Shown here: one piece after another, positions 25,030 through 37,599 of the stretch
Numbering within the stretch: position 1 is the first letter of the stretch
How the letters are laid out: every line of letters begins with the position of its first letter
Source: Lama glama
Lineage: Eukaryota
Assembly: GCA_028534125.1 (NCBI GenBank)
Contig: CM052817.1
Span: 80,850,001 to 80,914,000, forward strand
Length of the DNA stretch: 64,000 nucleotides
Direction: 5' to 3'
Made by a program: the position numbers and the translations under genes
Notes under the pieces: generated by a model
Told to the model about the DNA's origin: nothing
What the model saw: the letters and a program-made list of their open reading frames with translations, nothing else
Database searches by the model: none

Positions 25030-27500
25030 ACCCAGAAAATAAGGCAAAATATAAAAGCATCCACAGTCCTCTTTAAGATTCAAAGTATATTAACCATTTT
25101 CCCTGTTTGTTATAGATCACATTTTTTACACATTATTTTTTTAATTTAGAAAGTAAAATATTTACAATTTTTTCCCATTTGATAGAGGTAAAATGCTATG
25201 TTGTTATATTAATTGGAATGTCTTTGATTATTAGTGAAGTTAAAAATGTTTAGGTGTTTTTATTAACCACTCAGCCTATTTTGTTAATTGCCTGTTTATA
25301 TTCTTAACCTATTTCTCTATTATCTGTTCCTACTCACTTGAAGAGCTCTTTATATACTCTAGTTAATTTTCATTTATCTGTTCTAGTCCTTGCAAATATT
25401 TTCATGCAGTCTGTGCCTGCTATTTTCACCATTTATTAGGAAATATACAAAAAGTTGAATAAAATGTACATGTATACTTCAGTCACTCTTCTGATCACAA
25501 AGGAATACTTCACTTTTTTCTTAATTAGAATATATTACCTTTAGGTGTCAGATAAATAGCATTTATTATACTAAGAAATTTTCTAAAAGTGGATGTTACG
25601 TATTATCAAATATATTTCCTGCTTTTATTGAGGTGATTAATATATTGATATGGTGAATTATACTAATTGATTTTTTAATGTTCCAACAATTTAGCATTCC
25701 TGGGATAAACCCAAGTTGCTAATTATTGTTTTAATAAATTTTTCTACTATTTTTTTTTAATTTGTTTGTTCAGTATTTTGCATCAATGTTCCTGAATGAG
25801 ATGGCTAGTAATTTTCTCCTAACTTCCTTTTCAGATTTGTTAAATAAAATAATTTGGGGAATATCCTTCTGTTTCTGTTCTCTGGAAGTATTTGTGTAAT
25901 ATTGGAATTAGCTGATCCTTGTATGTTTGGTAAAACTTGCTGTTGAACCCAGCTGGACCTGGAATTTAATTTATGGGAAGATTTGTGACTGTTATCCATT
26001 TAAAATGGACATTCTGGTTGTTTGTTTCTTCATGAGTCATTTTGGTAAGTTATATATATTTTTTAGGGTTTAGTTTATTTTGTTGAAATTTTCCACTTTT
26101 TTGAACATGAATTTATTCATAATATCATCTCATCTCTTTAATGTGTACATCAATAATAATGATATTCATTTTTACATTACTATTATTGTTTTGTGCCTTC
26201 TCTGTTTCACTTGATCAATTTTATCAGAAGTTTGTCAATTTTATAAGTTATTTTTAAAAATCAACTTTTGGCTTTGTTGACCCTTTCTAGAGCATGCTTA
26301 TTTTCTATTTCATTAGCTTTTGCTTTTTACTTCTTTATTATTTTTCCTTCTTATTTATTTAGTTGCATTTGTTATACTGGCCTTTTCTACCTCACTGAGA
26401 TGGATAATTATTGTAATAATTTTCATTCTATTGCTTTTTTTTTTAAACATATAGTAAGCTATCAGTTTTTCTTTAAGTCCTGCTTTGGGTGCGTCCCTAA
26501 GTCTGGCTAGTATTTCAGTTCAAAATTTTTCTAATTTTAATACACATTTTAGGATGAGTTAAAAAAGAAATGCATTTCCTAATTTCCAACATTAGGAATA
26601 TGTCTAGGTTTGTTTATTTGTTTTCATTGATTTCTAAATTCTAGTCATAGAAAATGGCTTGTGTAATTTAAATTCTTTGAAATTTGTTGAACTTACTTTT
26701 TAACTCAGGATGTGGTCAGTTTTTATAAGTGTGCATATTGCAAAAGAACATGTATTCTAAGGTTGTTGAATGGAATAGTCTATAAAAATCTACTAGATAA
26801 AATTTTTAAAAAAGCTATTTGATTTTTCTATAACATTTTTTCTTTTTATTATGTCCTTATAAAGAAAAGCTTGTTAAATCTCCTACTCTGACTTTTGATT
26901 TGTATTTTTATTCTTCTAGTTTTATCAATATTTGTTTTTATTACATACAGTAAAGTTCAAAATTTTCTAACCTCAAACAAATTTTTATAATCTCTTGGTG
27001 ATCTGTAATAGACATCTTTTCTCACTTTGAAGTGACCCTGTTGAAATACAGTAATGATTTTTTGCTGTGACATCTCTTTTTTTCCCCCTAATATTGCTGT
27101 ATAGTCTCATTTTTGAGGGGGGTTAATATTTACAAGGTGTATCTATTTCAAACTTTTAAATTTTTATTCTTTATGCATCTCTATTCTTAATATGCATCAT
27201 TAATTAAAGGTGTTTATTTGAGTTTTGCATTTTAATTTATCTTGTCTTTGCCTTTTAATTATAGCATATGGCTCACTTATATTTAATATAATTACTGATA
27301 TTATATTTTACCATCTTTTTTGTGCTACTTATACAACCTGTTGTAGATTGCTTTTTCTCATTTTTTTCTGCTTGCTTTTGTGATTGTGTTATTTCTTGTT
27401 ATAGCATTTTTTCTATCCTCTAGTTGAAATTTATAACTTTTTATTCTTTAGTGGCTAGGCTACAAATACATGACACTTCATTTATCAAATACAAAATTAT
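25030..27500 (-). mobile_element. Old L1 (L1ME-type) ORF2 fragments
   Basis: ORF 25805..25999 (...QILPENRNRRIFPKLFY) echoes the ORF2 region KLFQKIEEEGTLPNSFY. Antisense motif cattcctgggataaacccaagttg corresponds to Q.GFIPGM. Confidence 0.8.
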
Positions 27501-28409
27501 TGAATACATTTTTTTCTCAGGGAGAGTTGGGATTAAAACCCAAGCAGCCTCCAGAGTCTATTCTTTTACCAGCTATTTCCATTTACATGGCAGATTGAGA
27601 AACTAAGGTCACATGATATACCTGACCTTGAACTCTGCTTCTCTGATGCCCTAAGTCAGGTACATTCCTTAGTAAACTAGAGCTTACCCCAGAAGTCTCA
27701 CAGACTCATGAGAATAAAATCCATTACTCTGGGTATCAAGAGGTTCAAAATCTCTTATTTGATTCATTATAGAATTACTTCAGAACCCCATATGTTGTTT
27801 TTGTTTGAGCAAAATCTGAAATGTATTAAAAAAAATACCTACTGCTGTGTTGCCTCTTTGCTTTTCTCTTTTTAAATGTCCTATTGAGAAGTGCTGCAGA
27901 AATTTTGCCCTGACATGCGGGGGCCCAACTATTTCCTGCCACACTCAGCTTGGGGGACATAGCCTCTGGGTTATACTCTTTTGAAATTGTCCTGCTGAAG
28001 TGCATGTTTTGATTTTAGGATTTTTCCAGATGCTTCATAAGCAGGTCCCATGTGTTAAAATCTGTTGAAATTCAGCCTGTTTCCGAATGTGAGGCATCTA
28101 AGTAGTTCACAAATTTAGGGGAGTTAATCTATTAGCTGCTGAGAGGATTGCTATTTAATTTTATTTCATTCTATTGTTTACATATTGTATGCTTACTCTA
28201 TGCTTTATTTTTTATTTTGTCTAGGTTTTTAAAAAAGTCTATATTTAACATTTTGAGCAATTTGATCTTTATTTTAATTATATTCTCTAGCTACTTAAAT
28301 TGAATACACATTATAAATATAAAACAAATTAAGATAAGCAAATGTATGATGTGTTCACTTCTGACTGGAGCTTAAACCTATGCTAAGATTTTCTGCTTAT
28401 TTTTAAATC

Positions 28410-28570
28410 TCAGAATCAGCATCACATAATGTTAGAATGTTGGAAAGAAATTTAGATGCCATGTTCACAGACTTTCTCACTTTCTGTGAGGAAACTGAGA
28501 CCAAGAATGTTTAACTGATGAGCAATGGCTGCATTAGTCCTAGAACCCAAATTTCCTCATTTCCGTTATC
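28410..28570 (-). mobile_element. MIR-family remnant
   Basis: tgaggaaactgagacc core and ctagaaccca. Confidence 0.6.
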
Positions 28571-29029
28571 ACTCCCAGAAACACATGTTATATGTCTTAA
28601 ACATAATGGTTTCAAACATTAATGAAGTATGATTCTAAAATATTGTGATGTTCATGTAAATCTAAAATTTTACTCTTTGCTTAGGTATCCAAAATGTAAT
28701 CTTGTTGTCTTAAAGTTTTTTTACTACCTAAAGCATTTGCCTGTCACTTTGATAGGCACCAGGAATTTAATGGTGTTAAAAACAGATGTGATCTCAGCCT
28801 TCAAACAATAACAAATCATAGAAATAGATGTGAAATTGCAACTGATATAAACATTCATCCCCTCTCCCCAACTCATTCCAGTCACCTTTTACAGATCTTT
28901 CAAACCTCAGCCTGAATTTCCTTTCTTGAGAGACCTTTTCAGACTAGATCAGGCATCTAGTCACCCACCCTCCTGTTACTGTACATGTTTTCACTCACTC
29001 TTATGGGAAGCCATATATATTTGAGGTGT

Positions 29030-29315
29030 GTGAACTAGACCACGGAGGGCCTTATAGGCCATAATAAGGACTTGAGTTTTTATCCTTACATCATTGAAAG
29101 CCTTTCAAAGGTTTTAATAATACCTATGCTTTAAAATAAAATTGCTTAGCGGCATTCTTGTTACGGCAGTAAGTACAGTTAAAGGGAGTCCAGTTAGAAA
29201 GCTGCCACAGTAGTCCTATGGGAGATGATGGTAGTTTATTCTGAGGAATCTCCCTGAAGAATGAAATGGATGAATTTGAGAGATATTTAAGTGTTAAATT
29301 GAAAGAACATGGGTA
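29030..29315 (-). mobile_element. L2 fragment
   Basis: ggagggccttataggccataataaggacttgagtttttatcct...ttgagagatatttaag. Confidence 0.7.
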
Positions 29316-29324
29316 GAGAAACAT

Positions 29325-29600
29325 TGTGGGTGTGGTAAATGGCAAAACAGTGACAATACATGCAAGTCTTCCCAGTAAGAAGCGGAGCCTTTCTTCACTG
29401 TGTTGAATGTGGACTGGCCTTGTGACTGGCTTTGGTCCATGGGGCACGAGCAAATAGAGGCTTAAAAAGCATTTGTCTATTGGGGGTATCTCTCACTGGG
29501 CTTAAAACTGCACTATGTGAACAATCAGGCTGGTCCGTTGGAGGACAAGAGAACCTGTAGCACGAGGGTCCAGTTGATCTAGCTGTGGTGGGCATGCTGA
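29325..29600 (+). mobile_element. MaLR LTR fragment (MLT1I/J-like)
   Basis: ttgaatgtggactggccttgtgactggctttggtcc...agaggcttaaaaagcattt. Confidence 0.65.
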
Positions 29601-32600
29601 CACCTTGGCATAACTCTCACCTTGAAAGATCATTACTACTTATAGTAAGTGGCATGATAGTCTCTGTCCCAGTCAGAAGTTGAAGAAACCAAAGGCACGA
29701 GAAGTTCTTACATTGCTTTATGGTGTACACATTCTTTATGCACATATTTAGTTCCATTATAACAAAAATAGTTTAAATCAACATGGGGGGGTGGAGTGTG
29801 AACTTAAATAACTTTTTCCTTTAAAAGTGCCCGTATATTACTCAGTTTTGACACACACTATACTGGTCCCATCCAAGTTCAATATTCTATGATTATGTGA
29901 TTTCGTTGGCTGTGAGTTTTGGTCTTACAGGAACCATTTCAAATTACTTCAATAGATGTTGTATAATCCCACTCTGGTAGGAAAGAGTTAGGCCCTTTAT
30001 ACACCGGAGACTGAGTTTATTAAACTCATCCACACCCTGTGGTGTGTTTTTATGCACACTCCCTTTGTCTTCTGAAGGAAGTTTCTGCATGTGGGAGAAG
30101 GGTGTGAAGGAAAACAAAATCCTGGACCCTGTCTGTATGATGATTACAACTGAGACACAAAAACATCTGCTGGGTTAAAGGCACCAGCTGTTGGCCATGC
30201 AGAGCGATCACACGCAATGCCGCTGGTCAGGAAATTAAGAAAACCATGGTGTCAGTGGATCAAACTGTGAAGAATCTTAGAGAGACTAAATATTGCTATC
30301 CACACTGACATTTGGCCAACACAAAGGACTTAAATAAAATATACTTATTTCAAGGCTATTTCCTTCTCATTCCTTCTCTTTTTATCACTGATTTTAGTCA
30401 AATAATTTCCAGTCATTCTCAGAAGGGAATGAGCTTATTGCTATGTAAAAACCCTGATAGGGAAGGAGGTCCTTTGTATCTTTAATTCACCTGTGTTTTT
30501 TTTTAATAATTTCTGAAGAAGTTTTGCTGATATTTCACATCAGAAAACACTTTTGAAACTGATTTAGCTTTTAACTAATGGCTATTGATCATCCCATCCT
30601 ACTTTCTTTACATCTGTAGCCCTGATGAATGACAACACAAAGCCTAAATTTTAAAAAAAAAGTATGCACCTATTTATTTTTAGCAGTTATCGATAGTATT
30701 TTTGTAAAATCAGTGGGCTACATTGTATTGACAAAATACTTATGTTCCTGAAGGATTTTCCTGCAATATGCCATCATGGTAAATCACATTTGATTGCTAA
30801 CTCAGTCTAAACAAGTCTTATAATTCCCTGAAACATGGAAGGCTTAAATTTTGTAAAGCAAAGGAATGATTCTGAATTTATTTTTTGATGAATTATTTGT
30901 ATTTAAGTACAAATAGCTAGAGCAAACCATTATACTTGAGCAAATACGCTTAGCTGTAAGCTTCTTAGATGCTCTGGAAAAAGCAAAAATACAATACATT
31001 ACAGAACTAATTTTCTAATTAATCAAAAGTACTGTTTTTATGTGTCTTAAGAATTTGCGTAGAAACACTACACTCTGATGCTAATGTTTCCATCCCTTTG
31101 GAGGAGCATCCGTTAGTCCCTTAGCCCAACTCTACTCCTCCCAGGGAAGTGAAAGGGTTTATTTGATTGTCAGGTATCTGTCACTGGTGCACTGTTTCTT
31201 GGTGGAATGGGGCTGATCTATTAGATTCTTGTGAGTGAGGGCCTGGTATCTTATTTCTCCTTTTCTCTCCACCCAGTCCAGAGAGAGGCAATGACCTGGA
31301 TAAGTTTGTTTGCTCTGCAAATTTCAAAATCTCCCTTGGGTAACTTTTCCAAGACCAAAGCAGTCAGGTTGCCTCACCAAGTGACCTCCTCCAGCTTAAC
31401 ATGCATAAGATGAGAGTTTAGGCTTTCCTCAGCCAACTCCTTTGTCTTATTTCACCAAAGGCACAGAATCTTGGTGGATGAGAAGGATGCCCTCTGTCAG
31501 GCCACCATCCCCCTACCCCCCATCTTGGCATATTTGTTTCTTTCACTGGGAACTTTGTGTAACAGAAGACAAGGTATGTTATTTTCAGACAAAAACACAT
31601 ATGAAGAGACACAGGATAGGTGAGGCTTTGGGCCTTGGATTTTAGTAGGAGACTCTGAGCAAGTTAGTGTACCATGTGTACCGTGGCCTATTGTGGAGTG
31701 TGGCTGGGTTTTCAGGTGGCTTTAGGATTTAGGCATAAGCCTTGTGAGATTTTCCTCTGAAATATCACTGCAGCTTATGGTAAGTGATACTTTTTCACAG
31801 GCAAATTTTACCTCGATATCTATAGAGGTGGTGGCCTTAAGTGAAGGAGCAGGTGTCAGTAAAGGCACAAGACTCTGCAAACATAGGTGGGTTTTTAGAT
31901 CAAGGCATGGGATATATAAAGAGAGATTTCATGTACAGAAATTAAGGGGCAGAGCCACTGCGGGCTGTGTTTGCCATGTTTTTCAATAATGTCTGTGGGA
32001 CACTTTCAGTGCCAGCTCTAGGCAGGAGGCACTGTTTACTGTTGCTTTGACTTGCCTTTGGAGCCAAGAGAGGGAACAGGGAAAGAATAACCTGGGATTC
32101 AGGAGGCCTATATGGACCCAAGAATCACTTCCTATTCCAAGGTCCCATATTGCTCTGGATTTGTGACTTACATGAGCTCTAATCATGTCATGAGATTTTT
32201 CAAGACCCAAGTAATGACTTCTCTCAAATAAGGGTGATAGATTTTGTGACTAACTCGATAAAAGGAGTAAGAGCCTTTATCATAATTTCATGATTCAATC
32301 CATTTTAGAGCTTTCTAGCAGCAAAATCTTCACTGACCACTGGAGCTTCTGGAGGACATTCCATGGAGTAGGGCTTGCTTGCTTTTAGGGGACAGGCTTC
32401 ATGAAGATAGAAGCAAGAGAGCCCTGATCACAAGTTTTATCTTTAGTATTAAACTTTCTTTCACCTAAAATGACCGATACTCTGTCAGTAATTACGTGAG
32501 AGCATTAACTGTTTTTAAACATTAAACATAAATCATCAGATTTGGGTAAGCAAGATGCAAAATAAGATTAACAGCTTATAGATTTCCCCTTTAAAAAATA

Positions 32601-33669
32601 TTCTTTTGGCCCCTTTATTCAGAAAGAGACCGACTGTTACATTACTGTTTCCAGACACAACTTGAATCTTGATTTACCATTTAGAGGGAGGTGTGTGTTA
32701 ACATTTGGAACTGAATTTCTTTCTTTTGTGATGTGACTGAATTTATCCCACATCTGCAAACAATAACTTAATTAAGTCCCCAAAGTGCCTTTGGGTGAAA
32801 GAGGATGAGGCTTAATGAATTTTGAGGCATTGCAGAATAACAAAAGAATTTTCAGGCATTGTTCCCCAGCTACCAGGAGGGCCTTTTAGTGTACTGTGCT
32901 TTGAGGGGCCCTAACAATAGTGGTCCTATTCCAGTCCGGAGTTTCCAGTCCTGAGTTTCTTCAGCAGGGACACCAGAGCCAAAAGGCACTAATGACCTCT
33001 GCCATCTGGCTTGTCAACAACCAGCTTCAGCGAAGTGTTAAGAAAGGCAGGCGTTATTTATGTATTTTGGCTCTATTATTCATTTTGATATGTTTCCCCA
33101 GTGTTCCCACTGATTAGTCATCTGATCAAGAGCCTGCCTCTGACTTCTTGAGCACGTCATTTCTGTGACAGTTTTAACTTAAGATCATTTTGTAGTTCAT
33201 TTGAGTAGAAGATTCTTTTCATGGGGAACAAATGATGTCTTTTCTGATATTTGGTGAGTTACTTAGAAATGAGCTTCTTAAAACATTTCATAAAGTTCCG
33301 CTGTTAGGTTAATGTTTGGATTTAAGATTGGAAATATGTGGAATCATGGGGAGTATAAAGTGCTAGAGTGGCTTATTTATTTCATACTTTCTAAATTGTA
33401 CTCAAGTTTTGGTGTGATCAGGATTGATGGTCGCTTCCTTCTAGATATCTACAAGTAGGCTGAGAATGCATCCTTCTTTGGAAAATTACAGTCTCATTCT
33501 TAGGGCTGAAATGAATCTAACTGGAAGGAAGGCAGTTTTTCTTAACACTACTCAATTTTTAAGAAATAGACTGATTCCAAGACTATCTTGGGCTCCTCCT
33601 AGATTTTCTTTGCTGGGTCCTTCTTTACTAAATTGCCTTTAAATCTGGAGTTTTTCAAGGAGTAGATCA

Positions 33670-33800
33670 TCATTTCACATTTCACTATGAAGAAACAGAA
33701 GGACAGAGAAGGTAAGCTAATTGCCCAAGGTCACACAGCTATTAAGTGGAAGAAATGAGATTTGAATTCAGGATTCATGAGGGTCCAGAGCCTTTGATGG
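33670..33800 (-). mobile_element. MIR SINE
   Basis: atgaagaaacagaaggacagagaaggtaagctaattgcccaaggtcacacagctattaagtgg...gatttgaattcagg. Confidence 0.88.
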
Positions 33801-33829
33801 CATAATTCCCATACTAGATCTTTTTGAAA

Positions 33830-33940
33830 GATTCTTATTCAGCCAAGTCTGAGTGGGGCTGGGGAATCTGGTTTTTTTTTTTTTTTTTAACAATCAGCCC
33901 GAATGAGATGATTTTCCTCATCAGGAAAGTTTGGGAAGCT
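33830..33940. mobile_element. MER5-like hAT-Charlie relic
   Basis: gtctgagtggggctggggaatctg-polyT-taacaa...tgatttt...aagtttggga. Confidence 0.55.
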
Positions 33941-35689
33941 TACTTCAGTGAATAAATGTATAATGTCCAACTTGGATATAGCAGAAAATTTTAACAATTT
34001 TGGTTTTGCTTAGAAATGAGGATACATCTATGCAAACTTAATGTATGTTCTATTCTCAGTTCCAGATTCTCACACAGCTCTCTTCCTTACGGGTAAATTG
34101 GGAAAAGTTGTTATTCGTAACTATTCAGAAAAATAACCTGAGACTAATAAAAATGGCCTAATAGAAATTAAGCAGTAGGTCTGAAAAAAACTGGCCATGG
34201 GCAGGTTTGTAAGAAATCACTGAAAAAGAAACCAGCCAAGTTACAAGGATAGACATTTTCCCTTTGTTTAGAAGCTTCTTTGACCTGCTGGGCTGAGCCA
34301 AGAACAGGAAATATGAGTCTCTGTTTTCTTCCAGGACTCTCTTTGGCCCACTGGATATACAGGAAGTGGTAAAAGGCTGTATGGTGGCTCTGTAGGAACT
34401 GAAAGTCCTTGGGCAAATCAGTCAGACCTGACTCTCCACATCAGCAAGCCAGGATAATAATACTGGCTAAACTTATTTGAATCCCATCTGGATTTACTTA
34501 CTGGCAAGTGTAAAGTGTTTTCAAAATACCAAATATTAAACAGGGCATCCAAGCAGCTTCAATTTCAGTGGCCCCATCCTTTCCCTCCCTGCACTTCAGT
34601 GTACATTGCTCAGAGTGATGGGATGCAGTAAAACCCCAAATTACTGGTCTCCCAAGCCCTTTCCTGACACTGTCCCCACATGCTGTTCCTGTTGGCCAAG
34701 AACTGCCTCCAGGCCACCTACTCTATTAATTTCCAACAGCAACTTTGCCAATCCTAAAGAAAATTTTGTTTTTGGATTTATTGATATCAGAATAAAAATA
34801 TGAATACTCTGGAAATACAAAAAAAAAGTAATTGCTACTGAAAATTTCTCACTTTCCCAGTACACAGTTTTGGGAACTATTCCCCAGCCTCCAAAGCCTC
34901 GGCCTGTCAGACCATGCTAATTAGCATGCTTGAGAAATACGTGTGCCTCTCCTGTTTTAATCTTGTAGGCATTACACATCAGGCAACTGATCTTAGATCC
35001 CTCTTTGCACTGGCTGCTAGAAGACTCAGAGCTGCATGGGTGGCTTACATAGGGACTTGATACACACTTATTTGGCACAAATATCTCAATCCCAGCTTCA
35101 TCTGTTATTTCCTGCTTTGCTTTTCCTTTTTCTCATTCAATTAATATTAACACTGTGTTTTAATGTGTCTGCCAGTTGCCTTAAACACTTCCAGGAATAA
35201 AAAGCATGGTCGAAGAAGAACTTACTTTAAAAAATTGCTTGGCAAATCCTTACATCCATCTTCCAGGACTCTGGATGCATAAAAATATTTAAAGACTATC
35301 TCTAGTTTTGTTACTGTGTGTATTTTTTCACCGTATACCACAGAAATCCTTACTTGTCCACTCTTTCTGAATAGTGTATCTGAGAAAAGTAACTTCATGC
35401 ATCTGTAATAAACATCCTCAGATTTGGTCTTCTTGGCACATCTAAAACCTTTTACGTGGACTTTTTCATGTTGATGGGCTCAAAATATACTTGATTTCTA
35501 TTCTCTGGGAGCACTTCTCCAAAGCAGAAGAGCAAAGGTAAAGAAACACTGAATTTAAAAAAAACAAATGAATACAGGTTGAGGAAAATTCTACTTTATG
35601 AAGTTCCTCCGTCTCATTGCCTCATTTTCAGAGCCTATTCATGACTTGGAAAAATTCATAACCTGGCAAAATAAAAGCATTCATTCTCC

Positions 35690-36060
35690 TCCAGGCTGTA
35701 AGCCAAATCAAACCATTCTTTTTAATTACAGGTGAATAATAACACCCTTAAATTTCTTACAAATAACGTCAGCGTCCTTTTGCTTTTTGACTGATGGAAG
35801 GTGATGAATGAAGACCTTTTAATTCGGCACAGCTGGATGTCTTTTGTTGCACTTCCTCTCAAAGGTTGCTGTGCAGATCTGGCCTATTTTGTCAGATGTG
35901 CTAAAAACAACCTGCCTGACTGGAGGTGGAAACAGCCTTCAAACAGAAGACATTTGCGTGATTGAATACCCTGTCGGGACGGCAGCTGTGGCCAGCAAGG
36001 TACGAAGTGGAAGATATGCCATTTGTTTGAGCGCATGTGCTTGTGTGTGCAAGTGTGTTT
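35690..36060. promoter_or_regulatory. Candidate enhancer (bHLH/MEF2-like/ETS motif cluster)
   Basis: CAGCTG at 35830 and 35983, CAGATG at 35893, CTAAAAACAA at 35901, ACTTCCT at 35851, TTGCGTG at 35954, ACGTCA at 35766; locally retained CpGs. Confidence 0.35.
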
Positions 36061-36669
36061 CGATTTGATGGTTCTCCCAGGACTAGAGAAGGCCCCTCCA
36101 GTCAGCCTTTGGAACTGGTGTGAAAGTGACTTTAGAACTGCTGCCAATTTTGAGGCTGTCTGTAAAATAGAGGGCTTACTGCCTGGACCAAAAGCCTTTG
36201 TTCCTGTTTGAATTTCGGAATGCCCAGTAAACCTAGCCTTCCTTGAGCAATTCAGAAGGTGTGTGAGCTGTAGGACTTGGTGACATCTCGATAAGGAGTT
36301 GACTTGCTGCAAGTTGCAGTTTATCCAACTACTTCCAGGACTGAACTCAATGCATTTCCCTGGGAACATGGGGAAAGATGCAGTGGCCACCCTTCACTAT
36401 TGCCCCTGCTCACTGCAGGTTTAATTGAAATGAGTGATCTGTGACAGAATGCATCTGGACCTTATCTCAGTAGCGCTGATCTGTGTCTCCAGGGACATGG
36501 GTTCAATTGCCTGTAGTAGATAGCTCAGCACAGACTGCAGTTTCCTAGGGATGTATCTTCATGCATAGGAGCCAAGTCACAGGGCTGACAAACCAGATTC
36601 CCAAGCTAGAACAAAGCCTTGGACTGGCTAAATTCTTTCTTTTATGATAGACTAGGTACAAGATGTTTC

Positions 36670-36830
36670 TCAACCACCTTATGAAATAGATACTATCTCC
36701 ATTTTACAGAGAAGAAAAAAAAGATAATAAGAGGCTTGGAAGAGAGCTGGTAGGACAGTACTGTGAATTTGGGAAGTGACAGATCCAGAGATTCACATCC
36801 AGGTCTTATTTGAAATCCTGTGCTCTTTGC
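36670..36830 (-). mobile_element. MIR SINE
   Basis: caaccaccttatgaaatagatactatctccattttacaga...gattcacatccagg. Confidence 0.7.
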
Positions 36831-37312
36831 TAAAATTGAGTTCATTATCATTTTATCAGTGTGTCTAATAAAACTGATAGGTATCAATTGAAAAAGGAAG
36901 TACACATTGTACTTTCAGAAATGTATAATAATTGTGTACAAAAGGGTTTAATTTATTAAGATTTACTTAATATGCAAGCATAATTTGCTAGATTTTTGTG
37001 TGTACCTTCCTCCTTTACTCTTCCTAAATGAAGATAACCTAACAATGATTACTCAGATGATATTTTCACACCAGGAGAGAGAGAGGAGAAAGAAGACAGT
37101 TGATAGACTATTGAGATTCCCTTGTATGGAACTCTGGTTTCTTTCTAGTTGTCTTTGAATTTCTCATGTGGAACCACACAACATAATCAAATCACTCAGC
37201 AAACTCAGTGATTGATCATCAGCTAATAAGTACCTTGTATGATCCTAGAAAGTTTAACACTTTAAGTGTGAATATAAATGGATAATTTATATTATATATA
37301 TATATATATAAA

Positions 37313-37491
37313 TGGATAATTCTTTGTATGGAGGGACTGTCCTGCACAGTGTAAGACTTTCAGCAGCATCCTTGGCCTCTGTCCACTAGTTGTCAGCAGC
37401 ATTCCCCCCACAGTTGCGAAAATAAAAACTATCTCTAGGTATTGCTAAATGTCTCCTGGGAGGCAAAATTGCCCTTGGTGGAGTACTACTG
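37313..37491 (-). mobile_element. MER20 hAT-Charlie DNA transposon relic
   Basis: ggataattctttg...ctgtcctgcacagtgtaag...cagcagcatccttggcctct...attgctaaatgtctcctgggaggcaaaattgccc...actactg matches antisense MER20. Confidence 0.88.
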
Positions 37492-37599
37492 CTTTAAAAG
37501 ATGTATGATGATATAAAACCAAAATTAAATTAATTTTGGATATGTATCTGTATCTACCTATCACTATAGATATAGCTATATATAGATATAGCTCTGTTT

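Noticed and set aside
35884..36390. 168-aa minus-strand ORF
   Set aside because: GTG start, no recognisable domain and no convincing splice context; one such ORF in 64 kb is plausible by chance.
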